Source: an uncultured Planctomycetota bacterium (GTDB lineage: Bacteria; Planctomycetota; Planctomycetia; Gemmatales; Gemmataceae). Taken from it: a stretch of DNA of 64,000 bases. Where the stretch lies: positions 608,001-672,000 of the forward strand of contig CAWKHF010000006.1 of assembly GCA_963849325.1 (NCBI GenBank), read 5' to 3'. A program made the position numbers and the translations under genes. The notes beneath the pieces are model-generated. The model did no database searches. It saw only the letters and a program-made list of their open reading frames with translations, and was not told the origin of the DNA. This document shows, in pieces, positions 29,562 through 40,448 of the stretch (position 1 is the first letter of the stretch; each line of letters opens with the position of its first letter).

Positions 29562-30443
29562 TTATTTCTGCTTGATGGCGGCGGCGGCGCGCGGCTCGGC
29601 GGCCGCGGCGGGCGGCTCGGGCGCCCCCGGCTTCTTGGAGTTGTGATACATCTGCGTCAGCAGGTCGTCGGCGATGTTGGCGACGTCCATCGTAATGCGG
29701 ATGAGGCGATTGCGGAAGAAAGCGTGACAGAAGATGGCCGGCACCGACAGGGCGATGCCGACCAACGTCACCACCAGGGCGTGCGAGATGCCGTCGGCCA
29801 ACTTGGACGGGTTCGGCGAACCGCCCTTGCCCAGTTCCATGAAGCTGAGGATCATGCCCCAGACCGTGCCGACCAAGCCGAGCATGGGGCCGAGCGTACC
29901 GATGGTCGCCAGGTAGGTGATGAGCTGGTCCTTGCCGGCCTTGACGCTCTCGACCATGTTGAAGGCCGCCTCGCGGGCATCGTCGATGCCGTACTGAAGG
30001 CGGCTCATGCCCGTGGTCATGACGCGACCGAGGAACGAGCCGTCTTCCTTGGCCATCTCATACGCTTCCTTGAAGCGCCGTTTGTTGACGGTGTCGGTGA
30101 AGTCCTCGACAAAGCCCGGCGGAATGGCCGACGCCATGCGCAGCTCCATCACCAGCAGGACGACCAGCGACATCAGCGCGATGGAGACGATCAGCATGAT
30201 CGGCGCGAACCAGCTGAGCGACTTGAGGATGTGCATGAAGATGTTGGTGGACTGCTTCGGCGCGGCGGCCGGGGCGCTGTCGGCGCTTTTGTTGTCCTCG
30301 CCGGCGGCGGGGGCGGGCGCTTCGTCCTGGCCGGACGCCTTCGGCAAGGCCGGGGCCAAGAAAGCGAACAGGAAGACCACCAGCAGAGAGCCGACGACGA
30401 AGGCCGCCAGGCGCCGATGCGTATGCGCTGCGAAGGGATGCAT
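29562..30443 (-). CDS. exbB: MotA/TolQ/ExbB proton channel protein
   Basis: LATIGTLGPMLGLVGTVWGMI.SF, LADGISHALVVT..G...SVPA. Confidence 0.93.
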   Translation of the reverse strand: MHPFAAHTHRRLAAFVVGSLLVVFLFAFLAPALPKASGQDEAPAPAAGEDNKSADSAPAAAPKQSTNIFMHILKSLSWFAPIMLIVSIALMSLVVLLVMELRMASAIPPGFVEDFTDTVNKRRFKEAYEMAKEDGSFLGRVMTTGMSRLQYGIDDAREAAFNMVESVKAGKDQLITYLATIGTLGPMLGLVGTVWGMILSFMELGKGGSPNPSKLADGISHALVVTLVGIALSVPAIFCHAFFRNRLIRITMDVANIADDLLTQMYHNSKKPGAPEPPAAAAEPRAAAAIKQK

Positions 30444-30572
30444 TACGGTGAGTCCTTGTGTCAATCCGCCTCCGTCTCGGGGGCGGAGGAAAATGTCGAG
30501 GGGCATCTTCTTAATGTGACGATTCCAGACGCCGACTGTCAAGTTCTTTCCGCTCGAATGTGAGAGCAAGTT

Positions 30573-30649
30573 ATCCGAGCCTGAAGCGTTAGCGAAGAGA
30601 ACGACAACCGAAGGTTGTCGTTCTCTTCGCTAACGCTTCAGGCTCGGAT
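30573..30649. repeat. Perfect 37-bp-arm hairpin overlapping the stop codon of the decarboxylase gene
   Basis: atccgagcctgaagcgttagcgaagagaacgacaacc-gaa-ggttgtcgttctcttcgctaacgcttcaggctcggat. Confidence 0.9.
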
Positions 30650-31576
30650 GAACGCGCTCTGAAAGTACGTCAGCGTCCGCTTCAGCCCTTCGTGACGATC
30701 GATGCGCGGCTCCCAGCCGAGCAGGGTACGAGCGCGGCTGATGTCCGGTTGACGTACCTTCGGGTCATCCTGCGGCAACGGCCGATAGTCGAGGGGGCTG
30801 TGGCTGCCCGAGAGGGCGAGGATCTCGCGGGCAAACTCCCGAATGGTCACTTCCGCCGGGTTGCCGAGGTTGACTGGCTCGTGGAAATCGGCGTCGAGCA
30901 GTCGGACGATGCCCTCCACGAGATCATCGACATAGCAGAAGGAGCGTGTCTGCGAGCCATCGCCGTAGACGGTCAGCGGTTCGCCGCGCAGGGCCTGGCC
31001 CATGAAATTCGGCAAAACGCGGCCGTCGTCGAGCCGCATCGCGGGCCCGTAAGTATTAAAAATTCTACATATGTGAGTATTTACCTTGTGCGTGCGCCGG
31101 TACGCCATGACGATGGCCTCGGCGAACCGCTTGCTCTCGTCGTAACAACCGCGCACTCCGACGCAGTTGACCGAACCCCAGTAGTCCTCGCGCTGCGGAT
31201 GTACTTGCGGATCGCCGTAGACCTCGCTGGTGCTGGCTAACAGAAAGCGGGCGTTCTTGACCTTGGCCAGGCCGAGCGTGTTGTGCGTGCCCAGGGCGCC
31301 GACCTTGAGCGTCTGAATCGGATAGCGCAGGTAATCGACCGGACTGGCCAGCGAGGCGAAGTGCAGCACGTTGTCCACGGGGCCGTCGATCTCCAGCGGA
31401 TGCGAGATGTCGTGACGGAGGAACTGGAAGCGGTCGTTGCTCCGCAACGGTTCGATGTTCTCCAGGGCGCCGGTGATGAGGTTATCCACGCAAATCACGT
31501 CGTCGCCGTGGGCGAGGAAGCGTTGGCAGAGATGCGAGCCGATGAAGCCGGCGCCGCCGGTGATGACTGTTCGCAC
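30638..31576 (-). CDS. UDP-glucuronate decarboxylase family (extended SDR)
   Basis: [59 protein letters not shown]. Confidence 0.93.
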   Translation of the reverse strand: MRTVITGGAGFIGSHLCQRFLAHGDDVICVDNLITGALENIEPLRSNDRFQFLRHDISHPLEIDGPVDNVLHFASLASPVDYLRYPIQTLKVGALGTHNTLGLAKVKNARFLLASTSEVYGDPQVHPQREDYWGSVNCVGVRGCYDESKRFAEAIVMAYRRTHKVNTHICRIFNTYGPAMRLDDGRVLPNFMGQALRGEPLTVYGDGSQTRSFCYVDDLVEGIVRLLDADFHEPVNLGNPAEVTIREFAREILALSGSHSPLDYRPLPQDDPKVRQPDISRARTLLGWEPRIDRHEGLKRTLTYFQSAFIRA

Positions 31577-31816
31577 GTCGAAACTCCTCCGTGATGAGCC
31601 GCGGGCGGCTTGTCGCCAAGCCGCCCGCGGCGGTCGTTGCTCCTTGCTACCATAGCAAGCGGCACGGAGCAAGCTGGCAAGCTGGACAAACCGGAATTGA
31701 AAATCTATGCGTTCGCGGTATGCTGGGAGAATGCGTCGGCCTTTTTCCCCAGGAAGGGCATGAGAATTGCATGGGGCACGACCCCTTGCGTTGCAGTGAA
31801 AATGAGGTAGGAAGCG

Positions 31817-34400
31817 ATGCCGTCTCGACCGATCCGCACGTTCACGGTGCTCCCGCATTTGCCCGAGCGCCTTCAGGCCCTGCAAAAGCTGGCTTACAAC
31901 ATGTGGTGGTGCTGGAACCACGAGGCCGTGGCGCTGTTTCGGCGGATCGACGTCGAGGCCTGGGAGGCGCTCGATCACAGCCCCGTCAAAATCCTGGGCG
32001 CTCTCGATCAGGGCCGCGTCGAGCAGCTCTTGCACGACGACGGCTTCCTGGCCCACATGGACCGCGTCGAGGAAGCCTTCGACAACTACCTGGCCGCCCC
32101 GACCTGGTATCAGGAAACCTACGCCGGCGTCGACCGCAACGGCGCCGCCGCCCCGGACCTGCGCATCGCCTATTTCAGCGCCGAATTCGGCATCCACGAG
32201 AGCATCCCCGTCTACTCCGGTGGCCTGGGCGTCTTGTCGGGCGATCATCTCAAGAGCGCCAGCGACCTCGGCCTGCCGCTGGTCGGCATCGGTCTGATGT
32301 ACCGCGAAGGCTACTTCCGCCAGTACCTCACGGTGGACGGCTGGCAGCAGGAGCGCTATCCCGAGAACGATTTCTTCAATCTGCCGCTCATTCCCGAGAC
32401 CAACCGCGACGGCGCGCCGGCGACCATCCGCATTCCCTTCCCCGGTCGCGACGTCCACGTGCGCATCTGGCGCATCCAGGTCGGCCGCGTGCCGCTGTAT
32501 CTGCTGGACACGAACATTCCGCGCAACGCGCCGGAGGACCGCGTCATCACGGCCCGGCTGTACGGCGGCGACAACGACATGCGCATCCGTCAGGAAATCG
32601 TGCTGGGCATCGGCGGCGTGATGGCCCTGCGCGATGGGCAAACCGCCGACCGTCTGCCACATGAACGAGGGTCATAGTGCTTTCTGCGGTCTGGAGCGCA
32701 TCCGCGCTCTGATGCAGGAGAGCAACCTGCCCTTCCACGCCGCCCGCGAGGCCGTCGCCGCCGGCACCGTCTTCACCACGCACACGCCGGTGCCGGCCGG
32801 CAACGACGTCTTCGCTCCGCAGCTGATCGAGCACTATCTCGGCAGCTACCTCGGCGCCTTCAAGATCGACCGCAACGAATTCCTCGGCCTGGGCCGGCAG
32901 AACCCCTTCGACCAGAACGAGCCGTTCGGCATGACCGTGCTGGCCATCCGCCTGGCCAACGTGACCAACGGCGTCAGCAAGCTGCATGGCAGCGTGTCGC
33001 GCAAGATGTGGAAAAGCATCTGGCCGGACCTGCCCGACAGCGAGGCGCCCATCACCTCGATCACCAACGGCGTCCACATGCGGAGCTGGGTGTCGCCGGA
33101 CATGATCCAGCTGTTCGACCGCTACATGGGCATGGCCTACGATGGCCGGCCCAGCGAGCAGGCCATGTGGAAGCGCGTCGAGAACATCCCCGACGCCGAG
33201 CTGTGGCGGACGCACGAGCGCCGCCGCGAACGGCTGGTGGCCTTCGCCCGCATCCGTCTCAAGCAGCAGCTGAAAAACCGCAGCGCCTTGCCGGCCGAGA
33301 TCGCTCGCGCCGACGAGGTGCTCGATCCGGACGCCTTGACCATCGGCTTCGCTCGCCGCTTCGCCACCTACAAGCGCGGCACGCTGGTCTTCCGCAACCT
33401 CGATCGCCTGGCCGCCTTGCTCAACAACAAGGAACGGCCGGTGCAGTTCCTCTTCGCCGGCAAGGCCCATCCCAAGGACCACGGCGGCAAGGAGCTGATC
33501 GCCGAGATCCTGCAGTTCGCGCGGCGGCCGGAGTTCCGCCGCCGTATCGTCTTCCTCGAAGACTACGACATCACCGTGGCCCGCTACATGGTGCAGGGCG
33601 TGGACGTGTGGTTGAACAATCCGCGCCGTCCCCTGGAAGCGTCCGGCACCAGCGGCATGAAAATCTGCTGCAACGGCGGACTGAACCTGAGTATCCTCGA
33701 TGGCTGGTGGTGCGAGGGCTACGACGGCGAGAACGGCTGGGCCATCGGCGCCGGCGAGGAGTACACCGACCTGACCTACCAGGACGACGTCGAATCGCGG
33801 GCCATTTACGATCTGCTGGAGCAGGAGATCGTGCCGCTGTTCTACAACCGTTCGTCCGATGGTCTGCCGCGTGGCTGGCTGCGGCGCATGAAGCGGGCGA
33901 TGACGACGCTGTGTCCCGTCTTCAACACTGGCCGCATGGTGGTCGAGTATTTGACGACGTGTTATCTGCCGTCGGCGCAGCGTTTCCTGCGGCTGACGTC
34001 GGACAATCTGCAGAAGGCCAACGCCCTGGCACAGTGGCGACAGGGCTTGATGCGCGGCTGGAACCAGGTAAAGGTGGAGGGTGTCGAGGTCAGCACTGCC
34101 GATCCGGTGCAAGTCGGCGGCGAACTGCCGGTCAAGGTGCGCGTCAATCTCGGCCGTTTCACGCCCGACGACATCGAGGTGCAGCTGTTCCACGGCCTGG
34201 TCGATTCGCTCGGCGACATCCCCCGGCCGCACCTGGTCAGCATGGGCCATAACGGCGCGCCCAAGCACGACAACGTGTGGGAGTTCCACGGCACCATCCC
34301 GTGCCGGTCGAGTGGTCAACACGGTTTCGCCGTGCGCGTGCTGCCGCACCACGGTGACCTGTCCAGCGCCTACGAGCCGGGGTTGGTGTGCTGGGGATGA
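31817..34400 (+). CDS. glgP: Alpha-glucan (glycogen/starch) phosphorylase (frameshift ~32630)
   Basis: [66 protein letters not shown]. Confidence 0.95.
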
Positions 34401-34420
34401 GGTTTCGACGCGGTTTCCGA

Positions 34421-34477
34421 CCAGCCCGGAGCGCCAGCGACGGGTTATGCGAACCCGTCGCTGCGCTCCGGGCTGGT
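34421..34477. repeat. REP-like palindrome (CCCGGAGCGCCAGCGA family); half copy at 38613-38632
   Basis: ccagcccggagcgccagcgacgggtt...aacccgtcgctgcgctccgggctgg. Confidence 0.75.
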
Positions 34478-34495
34478 GAGTTTGGAGGACCGCGG

Positions 34496-34885
34496 GTGAA
34501 GCCCCTCCTGCTCGTTCTCGGCGGCGGACTGGGCACCTACGTCCGCTGGTGGCTCGGCGCCTGGTTCGCGGCCCAGCCCTGGACGCGCGGACTACCCCTG
34601 GGCACCTTCGTCATCAACGTCAGCGGCTCCTTCCTTCTCGGCGCCGCGGCGGTGCTCATCCTCGAACGCTTGCCGCCGGAGCATCAGGACTGGTATTTGC
34701 TCGTCGGCACCGGCTTCTGCGGCGGTTACACGACGTTCTCGACGTTCGAGTGGGAGACGTTCAAGCTCATCCGCGACGGCAGCTGGGGTTTCGCCCTGGC
34801 CAACGTGGTCGGCAGCGTGTTGGCGGGTTTCGCGGCGGTGCTGCTGGCGGTGCTGTTGGTCCGTGCCATCCTGCCGCCGCGCTGA
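34496..34885 (+). CDS. crcB: Fluoride channel Fluc/CrcB
   Basis: GGGLGTYVR, PLGTFVINVSGSF, GTGFCGGYTTFSTF. Confidence 0.95.
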   Translation: MKPLLLVLGGGLGTYVRWWLGAWFAAQPWTRGLPLGTFVINVSGSFLLGAAAVLILERLPPEHQDWYLLVGTGFCGGYTTFSTFEWETFKLIRDGSWGFALANVVGSVLAGFAAVLLAVLLVRAILPPR

Positions 34886-34898
34886 GGAGGCCCAGGCT

Positions 34899-35237
34899 AT
34901 GAAGATCGAGGGCGAAGCGAAACTGGTGACGGTTTACGTCAACAGCACCGATCAATGGCACGGCCGGCCCTTATACACGGCCATCGTGCAGCTATGCCAG
35001 GACCAGGGCGTCTCCGGCGCCACGGTCATGCGCTGCGTGGCCGGCTACGGCGCCCACCACCGGCTGCACACGACGCGCCTGCTGGAGTTGAGCGAGAACC
35101 TACCGGTACGCATCGAGATCGTGGACATTCCGGAGCGCATCGATCCGCTGCTCGCGGCCCTGGAAGGAATGATCGGCGAGGGACTGATGACGGTCGCGCC
35201 CATTCACATTCTGAAGTTTCTGCCCGATCCGAAATAG
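34899..35237 (+). CDS. DUF190 family PII-like protein (commonly crcB-associated)
   Basis: D.WHGRPLY.AIV, GATV.R.V.GYG, LSENLPVRIEIVD. Confidence 0.9.
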   Translation: MKIEGEAKLVTVYVNSTDQWHGRPLYTAIVQLCQDQGVSGATVMRCVAGYGAHHRLHTTRLLELSENLPVRIEIVDIPERIDPLLAALEGMIGEGLMTVAPIHILKFLPDPK

Positions 35238-35258
35238 ATCGATGGTCTCTCCAACTCC

Positions 35259-36931
35259 TCACCACTTGAAACTGTACTGCAAGTAAAACAGCGCCGGTCC
35301 TTCCTTCGGTCCACTCGTTTCCCGAATGAACGAGCCAGCGAACAGCTTGGAGTAGCCCACGAAAATGTCCTGATGCAGGCTGAGATGGAAATTGGTGGTG
35401 AAGTCGATCTCATCACCCACGAAGGTTCCCGCCTGGCCGGTCGGGTCGCGGCGGATGACGGCGCCGCTGGCGTTGTACAAGGCGTCGCGGGCGCTGTCGA
35501 GGTGGAAGACGTGGTACTGGAGCGTGGTCTGAATCCACTTCGCCGGGTAAAAACCGAACTGCATACTCACGTCGTCGATGTTCTGGCGGCCGACCAGGTC
35601 GAGATAGCCGAAGTAGGTGTGGCCCCAGGGGAACAACTGGTTGAACGTGCCGTGGATGTCGCCGCTCCCCGGATTTGGGTCGCCGGAGGCCCAATCGTTG
35701 TAGACCCAGAACTGCGGATTCAGCGGCAGGTGAGCGAGCTGGTAGCCCACGCCGGTCGTGACCGCACCGGCCGAGATGGCCTGGTTGGACCAGGCGCCGA
35801 ACTGATACATGCCCTCGAAGTCCCACAGGAACTGGCGGTAATCGCCGGAATAGCGACTGCCGAGGGTGCTGACGTTGTAGCCGCCCAGGACGCCGCCGCG
35901 CCCGCTGGCGACGCCGGGATTGCGATTGTCCAGGTCCAGGTAGTACAGATCGATGGCCTGCCCCTTGCGCGGCCGCTGTGTCAGCCACAGTCCGGTGAAG
36001 TTCTGATTGTGGTCGGGAGGGTCGAGACTGGTTGGACGCATGAGCACTGGCTGCACCCAGAAGGCGTCCACGTTCCAGTCCTTGCCCAACCAGAAGGCGC
36101 GGCGCCCTGGAAGGTGCGGCGCACGTTGGGAAAGTCCGAGGGCGAGATTAGCCGCTGCGAGCCGAAGTACATCTCCTGCCGGCCGACACGGACGTAGGCC
36201 GGCTGCTGGTTCACGGCGAACAGTTTGGCATCCGCGAACAGATTTTGGATGTCGGCGTGGTTAACGTCATTGGGCAGCGGCGGCAGGTCGTTGTTGGCGA
36301 TGCGCGAGTCCTGCATCTCGGCATAGACGCGAAAGCGGTCGAGATACCACACGTCCGTGTAGACGCGCGAACGGATCAACTCATACGTGTTAACCTGGCC
36401 GGTGAAGCGGGCATACCCGCCGTTCTCGTCCATGTAACGGACGCGCTCTTCGCCGCCGAGAGATAGCAGCCAGTCCTCGCCGGCGTGGATGCGCTTGAGA
36501 GGCGAGAAGAAATCAACCTGGCCGAAGGCCGGGCTTTCCAGATAGCGGTAGTCGGCGTCATAGAAGGAGTAGCCGTCGCCGCTGACCGGCGGATACGGCG
36601 TCTTCAGCGGCTTGGCGAGCGGTTCATCCAGGAGCAGGAACAGAAGCGAGTAGTAACCTGGTCCGGTCGGTAGGACCAGAAAGTAGCCGATGCGATCCAT
36701 CGGCCGCAGCGGCGGCACTCGTGCCCAGAACTTCACCGCCTTCTCTTGCGGCGCCTTAATGGATTCTTTTTGGAGAGGAGCAGGCGCCGGCGTGGCGGGC
36801 GTCACTGCCGCGGCGGCGGGCGTCCTTTCCGGGACGGGCTGTCCCCGCGCCGCGTTCATCGCGGCGAGGAAGAGTCCGGCCAGCAGTCCGGCTCGAACCG
36901 ACCTCCAGACGGTGTGGATGGTCCGACGCAT
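35259..36931 (-). CDS. Alginate-export-family outer-membrane beta-barrel protein (frameshift ~36100)
   Basis: Signal peptide; GGEERVRY, RSRVYTD, RVGRQEM.FGSQRLISP.DF.NVRRTF.G, DWASGD, TFNQLFP.GH.Y.G..D..GRQN, C-terminal YLQYSFKW. Confidence 0.88.
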
Positions 36932-36962
36932 TTCACCTCGGCTCGATCTTCCCACGATTGGG

Positions 36963-36993
36963 AAAACAAAAAACCCCCGCCGAGTGGCGGGGG
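36963..36993 (-). terminator. Intrinsic terminator in the riboswitch leader
   Basis: CCCCCGCC-actc-GGCGGGGG followed by TTTTTTGTTTT on the minus strand. Confidence 0.85.
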
Positions 36994-37028
36994 TAAGTGC
37001 GTGGAACCCCTACCGCCGAGCCGGCGCG

Positions 37029-37083
37029 GTAGGAGTCATCAGCCCTGCAAGACAGGGCGGTTGTCTGGGGGGACTCCATCCCC
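37029..37083 (-). ncRNA. Fluoride riboswitch (crcB motif)
   Basis: GGGGATGGAGTCCCCCCAGACAACCGCCCTGTCTTGCAGGGCTGATGACTCCTAC: P1 GGGGA/TCCCC, pseudoknot GGAGT/ACTCC, stem GCCCTG/CAGGGC, conserved GATGG...AACCGC...GCTGATGAC.CCTAC. Confidence 0.93.
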
Positions 37084-37212
37084 TCTTCTGTGTTTCACGA
37101 TCTTGGCAGGCAGCAACGTCAAGAAGCTATCCCTCTCTATCGGCGGCGACGCTTCTAAACTTTGGAGCGAGCGGACAAAAAACCGCGGAGCCGGAAGCGT
37201 AAGACTTTTTCT

Positions 37213-37557
37213 TCACCCGGGCGGCCAACCGAGGTCGCGGCCACCGAGCAGGTGCAGATGGAGGTGCGGCACCGTCTGGCCGGCGCGCTCCTTGCAATTG
37301 AGCACCAGGCGATAGCCGTCGCTGATGCCGAGCTTGTCCGCCAGCTGCGCCGCCACCAGATGCAAGTGGCCGAGCAGCTCGCGGTCCTCCGGCTTGACGT
37401 CGGCGTGCGTCGGAATCACCTTGCGCGGGATGAGGAGCACGTGTACGGGGGCTTGCGGGTTGATGTCGTGAAAGGCCAGGCAGTGCTCGTCCTCGTACAC
37501 GATGCGGGCCGGGATTTTCTTTTCGGCGATCTTCAAAAAAAGGTTGTCCTGGAGCAT
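37213..37557 (-). CDS. hinT: HIT family nucleotide-binding protein
   Basis: LAFHDINPQAPVHVLLIPRK, AGQTVPHLHLHLLGGR. Confidence 0.93.
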   Translation of the reverse strand: MLQDNLFLKIAEKKIPARIVYEDEHCLAFHDINPQAPVHVLLIPRKVIPTHADVKPEDRELLGHLHLVAAQLADKLGISDGYRLVLNCKERAGQTVPHLHLHLLGGRDLGWPPG

Positions 37558-37644
37558 GAAGGGACCTCCTGGTTCAAAGGGGGCTTTCGCGTACCATAGC
37601 CGTTATCCTCGCGGCGATCAACCGTCCAACGGGGGAAGGCCGTC

Positions 37645-38606
37645 ATGGCGTGGATCATCGGCATCGACGAAGCGGGCTACGGACCGAACCTCGGCCCGTT
37701 CGTCATGACCTCCGTTGCCTGCCGCGTGCCGGACCCCTGCCACGATACGAACCTGTGGCGCCTGCTCCGTCCGGTGGTCCGCCAGGGCGCCGACGCCGAC
37801 GATGGCCGACTGCTCATCGATGACTCGAAGATCGTCTACACCGCGCGCGGCCTGGCCGGCCTGGAACGCGGCGTCTGGGCCGCCCTGGGACGCGCCGGAG
37901 AGGCCCGGTGTCTACTCTCGCGGCGCTGCTGGAATGGGTCTGTCCCGACGACCGGGAGGAGTTGGGCCGCGAGGTGTGGTATCGGGGAGTGCAAGCGGTG
38001 CCGGTCCACCTGGAAGCCGCCGAGCTAGGGCCGTGGGCCTCTCGCTTCGACGAGGTCTGTGCGGCCGTGGGCGTCGGTGGCTGGCAGGTCCGCGGCGCGA
38101 TCGTCTGTCCGTCGCGCTTCAACGCGCTCCTCGACGAGGGCGGCAAGAAAGGGGCCGTGCTGGCCCACGCCCTGACGCGGTTGCTGCGCTGGCAGCGCCA
38201 CCGACTGATCGGCGAAGACGCCCTGACCTTCTTCATCGACAAGCACGGCGGCCGCAACACTTACGCGGCGATGCTCCAGCACGCCCTGCCCGATGGCGTG
38301 GTTCTCACCGGCGAGGAGGGCATGGCTCGCAGCAGCTACCGCGTCCACGGCCTGGGCCGCGAGGTACGGCTGACGTTCCAGCCGCGCGCCGACCGCGAGC
38401 ATTTCTGCGTCGCCCTGGCGTCGATGGTCAGCAAGTACCTGCGCGAGGTGCTGATGCTGGAGTTCAATCGATTCTGGCGGGAGCACGTGCCCGACCTGAA
38501 GCCGACGGCGGGCTACCCCGGCGACGCCGCCCGCTTTCTGGGCGTCATCCGTCCAGCCATCGAGAAACTGGGGCTGCGCGAGGAGGTCTTGTGGCGCCGC
38601 AAGTGA
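37645..38606 (+). CDS. RNase HII-like protein (frameshift ~37900)
   Basis: GIDEAGYGP..GP, IDDSK, FIDKHGGR, AD..HFCVALASMVSK..R, GYP. Confidence 0.8.
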
Positions 38607-38636
38607 CCACCCGCCGCTGGCGCTCCGGGCTGGAAG

Positions 38637-38954
38637 TTACCGCGCCGGGATCAACTCGATTTGACTGCTCTCGTCCAGCGTGATGCTCGACAGCTCGCCG
38701 TTGTCCTTGGTGAAGTGGACGGTGACGACGACGATGTCGTCCTCCGGCACGCGGTCGGTGGCGAGGCCGGTCGCCAGGAAGTTGACGTGGCGGAACACGC
38801 CCTCGACCGTGGTCGTCCAGCGGCGGCGCGTGTTGATGGCCACCGTCTGCGTGATGCGGATGCGCTGGCCGGGCTGCAAGCCGCGGACCAGGGCGGCCAA
38901 CTCGGGACGCACCGGCCGCGTCGCCGACGGCAGCGGGGAAGGCAGTTGACTCAC
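38637..38954 (-). CDS. Hypothetical protein downstream of ilvN
   Basis: GTG overlaps the ilvN stop; LQPGQRIRITQTV...WTTTVEG...ATG...KDNGELS. Confidence 0.65.
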   Translation of the reverse strand: MSQLPSPLPSATRPVRPELAALVRGLQPGQRIRITQTVAINTRRRWTTTVEGVFRHVNFLATGLATDRVPEDDIVVVTVHFTKDNGELSSITLDESSQIELIPAR

Positions 38955-39449
38955 AGGACGTCTCCTTGACCGGGCATGCCGCGGACCAGGGCGATGCGGC
39001 CGGTGCGAGCCAGTTCGATGATGCCGATAAGGCCGCATCAGCTCGATGAACGCCTCGATCTTGCTCTCCTGGCCGCTGATCTCGACCATCAGGTTCTCGG
39101 GGCTGATGTCCACGACGCGGCCGCGGAACATCTCGACGAGCAGGGTGATCTCGATGCGCTGCTGCGGCGTGGCGTTGACCTTGATGAGCATCAGGTCGCG
39201 CTCGACGAAGTTCTCGCTGCTGATGTCCTGCACCTTGACGACGGTGACGACCTTGTCCAGCTGCTTGCGGACCTGCTCCAGCTCGGCGTCGTCGCCGTGG
39301 ACGACGAAGGTCATGCGCGACAGGTTGGGCTGCTCGGTCTCGCCGACGGCGAGGCTGTCGATGTTGAAGCCGCGCGAGGCGAGCATGCCGGAGATGTGAG
39401 CCAGGACGCCGGGTTGGTTCTGCACCAGCGCCGACAGGACGTGCCGCAT
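38951..39449 (-). CDS. ilvN: Acetolactate synthase small regulatory subunit (frameshift ~39028)
   Basis: MRHVLSALVQNQPGVLAHISGMLASRGFNIDSLAVGETE, QVRKQLDK, ERDLMLIKV, IIELARTGRIAL. Confidence 0.93.
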
Positions 39450-39536
39450 GACCAATCGTCTCCCGTGAAACCACGAAATACCAGGGATGATCTTAGGGAT
39501 ACGGACGGAGGGGAGCAATCGCCATCGTCGGCTGGC

Positions 39537-40049
39537 TTAACAGACGGTGAGGAAGCCGACGACGTTGGCGAGATTGCCGACCGTTCCACGTGATGCCGGG
39601 GTCAGATTCAGAGTGATGGCGTTTTCCGTCAGAAAGTTGTAGCCGAGAACGATCTTTTTCTCGAAGCGCATCGGCAGCGCGAATTGCGGAAACTTGGCGA
39701 TAGCACGGAGGGAGCGGGTGGCTTGCAATCTCTCATCGAGGAGAGCGATCTGGATGACTCCCAGTTCGCAGGGGACGCCGAGCCATTTCAAAGTGTCGAG
39801 GTCCGGCTGGCCTGATGCGGTGAGCATCTGGGAGCCAAGGGGTATCCAGGAAAGGTTTTGTCCGTTCCAAAAATAATAGGGGAAGACACTAAACGGCGCG
39901 CCGGTGTCGAGGATGGCATCGGCCCGAAATCGTCCGTGTACTCGATCGAACAACTCCATCTGAACCACAAGGCGACAGGCTCGTGCCAGCCGCCCCTGGT
40001 CCGTCATGAAGTCTTTGCGCTGCTCTCGGATCGGGATGTTGGGCAGCAC
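39537..40049 (-). CDS. Retropepsin-like (clan AA) aspartic protease
   Basis: AILDTGAPFSVF and IVLGYNFL motifs. Confidence 0.75.
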   Translation of the reverse strand: MLPNIPIREQRKDFMTDQGRLARACRLVVQMELFDRVHGRFRADAILDTGAPFSVFPYYFWNGQNLSWIPLGSQMLTASGQPDLDTLKWLGVPCELGVIQIALLDERLQATRSLRAIAKFPQFALPMRFEKKIVLGYNFLTENAITLNLTPASRGTVGNLANVVGFLTVC

Positions 40050-40057
40050 GTTACCCT

Positions 40058-40387
40058 TCACGAGGACAAGAATTCCGGTCCGAGAGTCGAGATCACGGCG
40101 ATGTGGTTGCGGGGCGCTCCAGTGACGCGCACCGCTTCGTCCAGGACCGTCTTCCAATCGTCCGCTACCGCGACCACCTTGCGACGATAGACAGCGACTA
40201 ATTTATCCGGATACAACTCATTGACTTCTGGGTCATTATAGGCCCACTCCATGTCGTAACACACCTCCGCTTCCTCGCCGGTCAGCTGTGGCGGCAAATC
40301 CGCAGGAAAGCTCTCGCCTACCTCATTGGGTGGCAAAGGAACGCCTGCCGTGAACATCTCGGGCGGCGGATCTTTCTCGGGAGTCAT
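40058..40387 (-). CDS. Small DUF5678-like protein paired with the protease
   Basis: W......LYPDKLVAVY..KVVAV; GGAGG RBS. Confidence 0.65.
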   Translation of the reverse strand: MTPEKDPPPEMFTAGVPLPPNEVGESFPADLPPQLTGEEAEVCYDMEWAYNDPEVNELYPDKLVAVYRRKVVAVADDWKTVLDEAVRVTGAPRNHIAVISTLGPEFLSS

Positions 40388-40448
40388 GGTTCACCTCCAA
40401 GGGCGACTGCTTCCATCCTAATTCCTCCGCGCTCGGAGGAACAGCCGA

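Noticed and set aside
31577-32662. 674-aa N-terminally extended decarboxylase, and similar extensions of kbl, ftr, moeA and tsaB in the ORF track
   Set aside because: The extensions overlap opposite-strand genes or repeats; RBS-supported downstream starts match the family N-termini.
34400-34495. Second fluoride riboswitch upstream of crcB
   Set aside because: The region is a REP-like palindrome lacking the GATGG/AACCGC/GCTGATGAC consensus.
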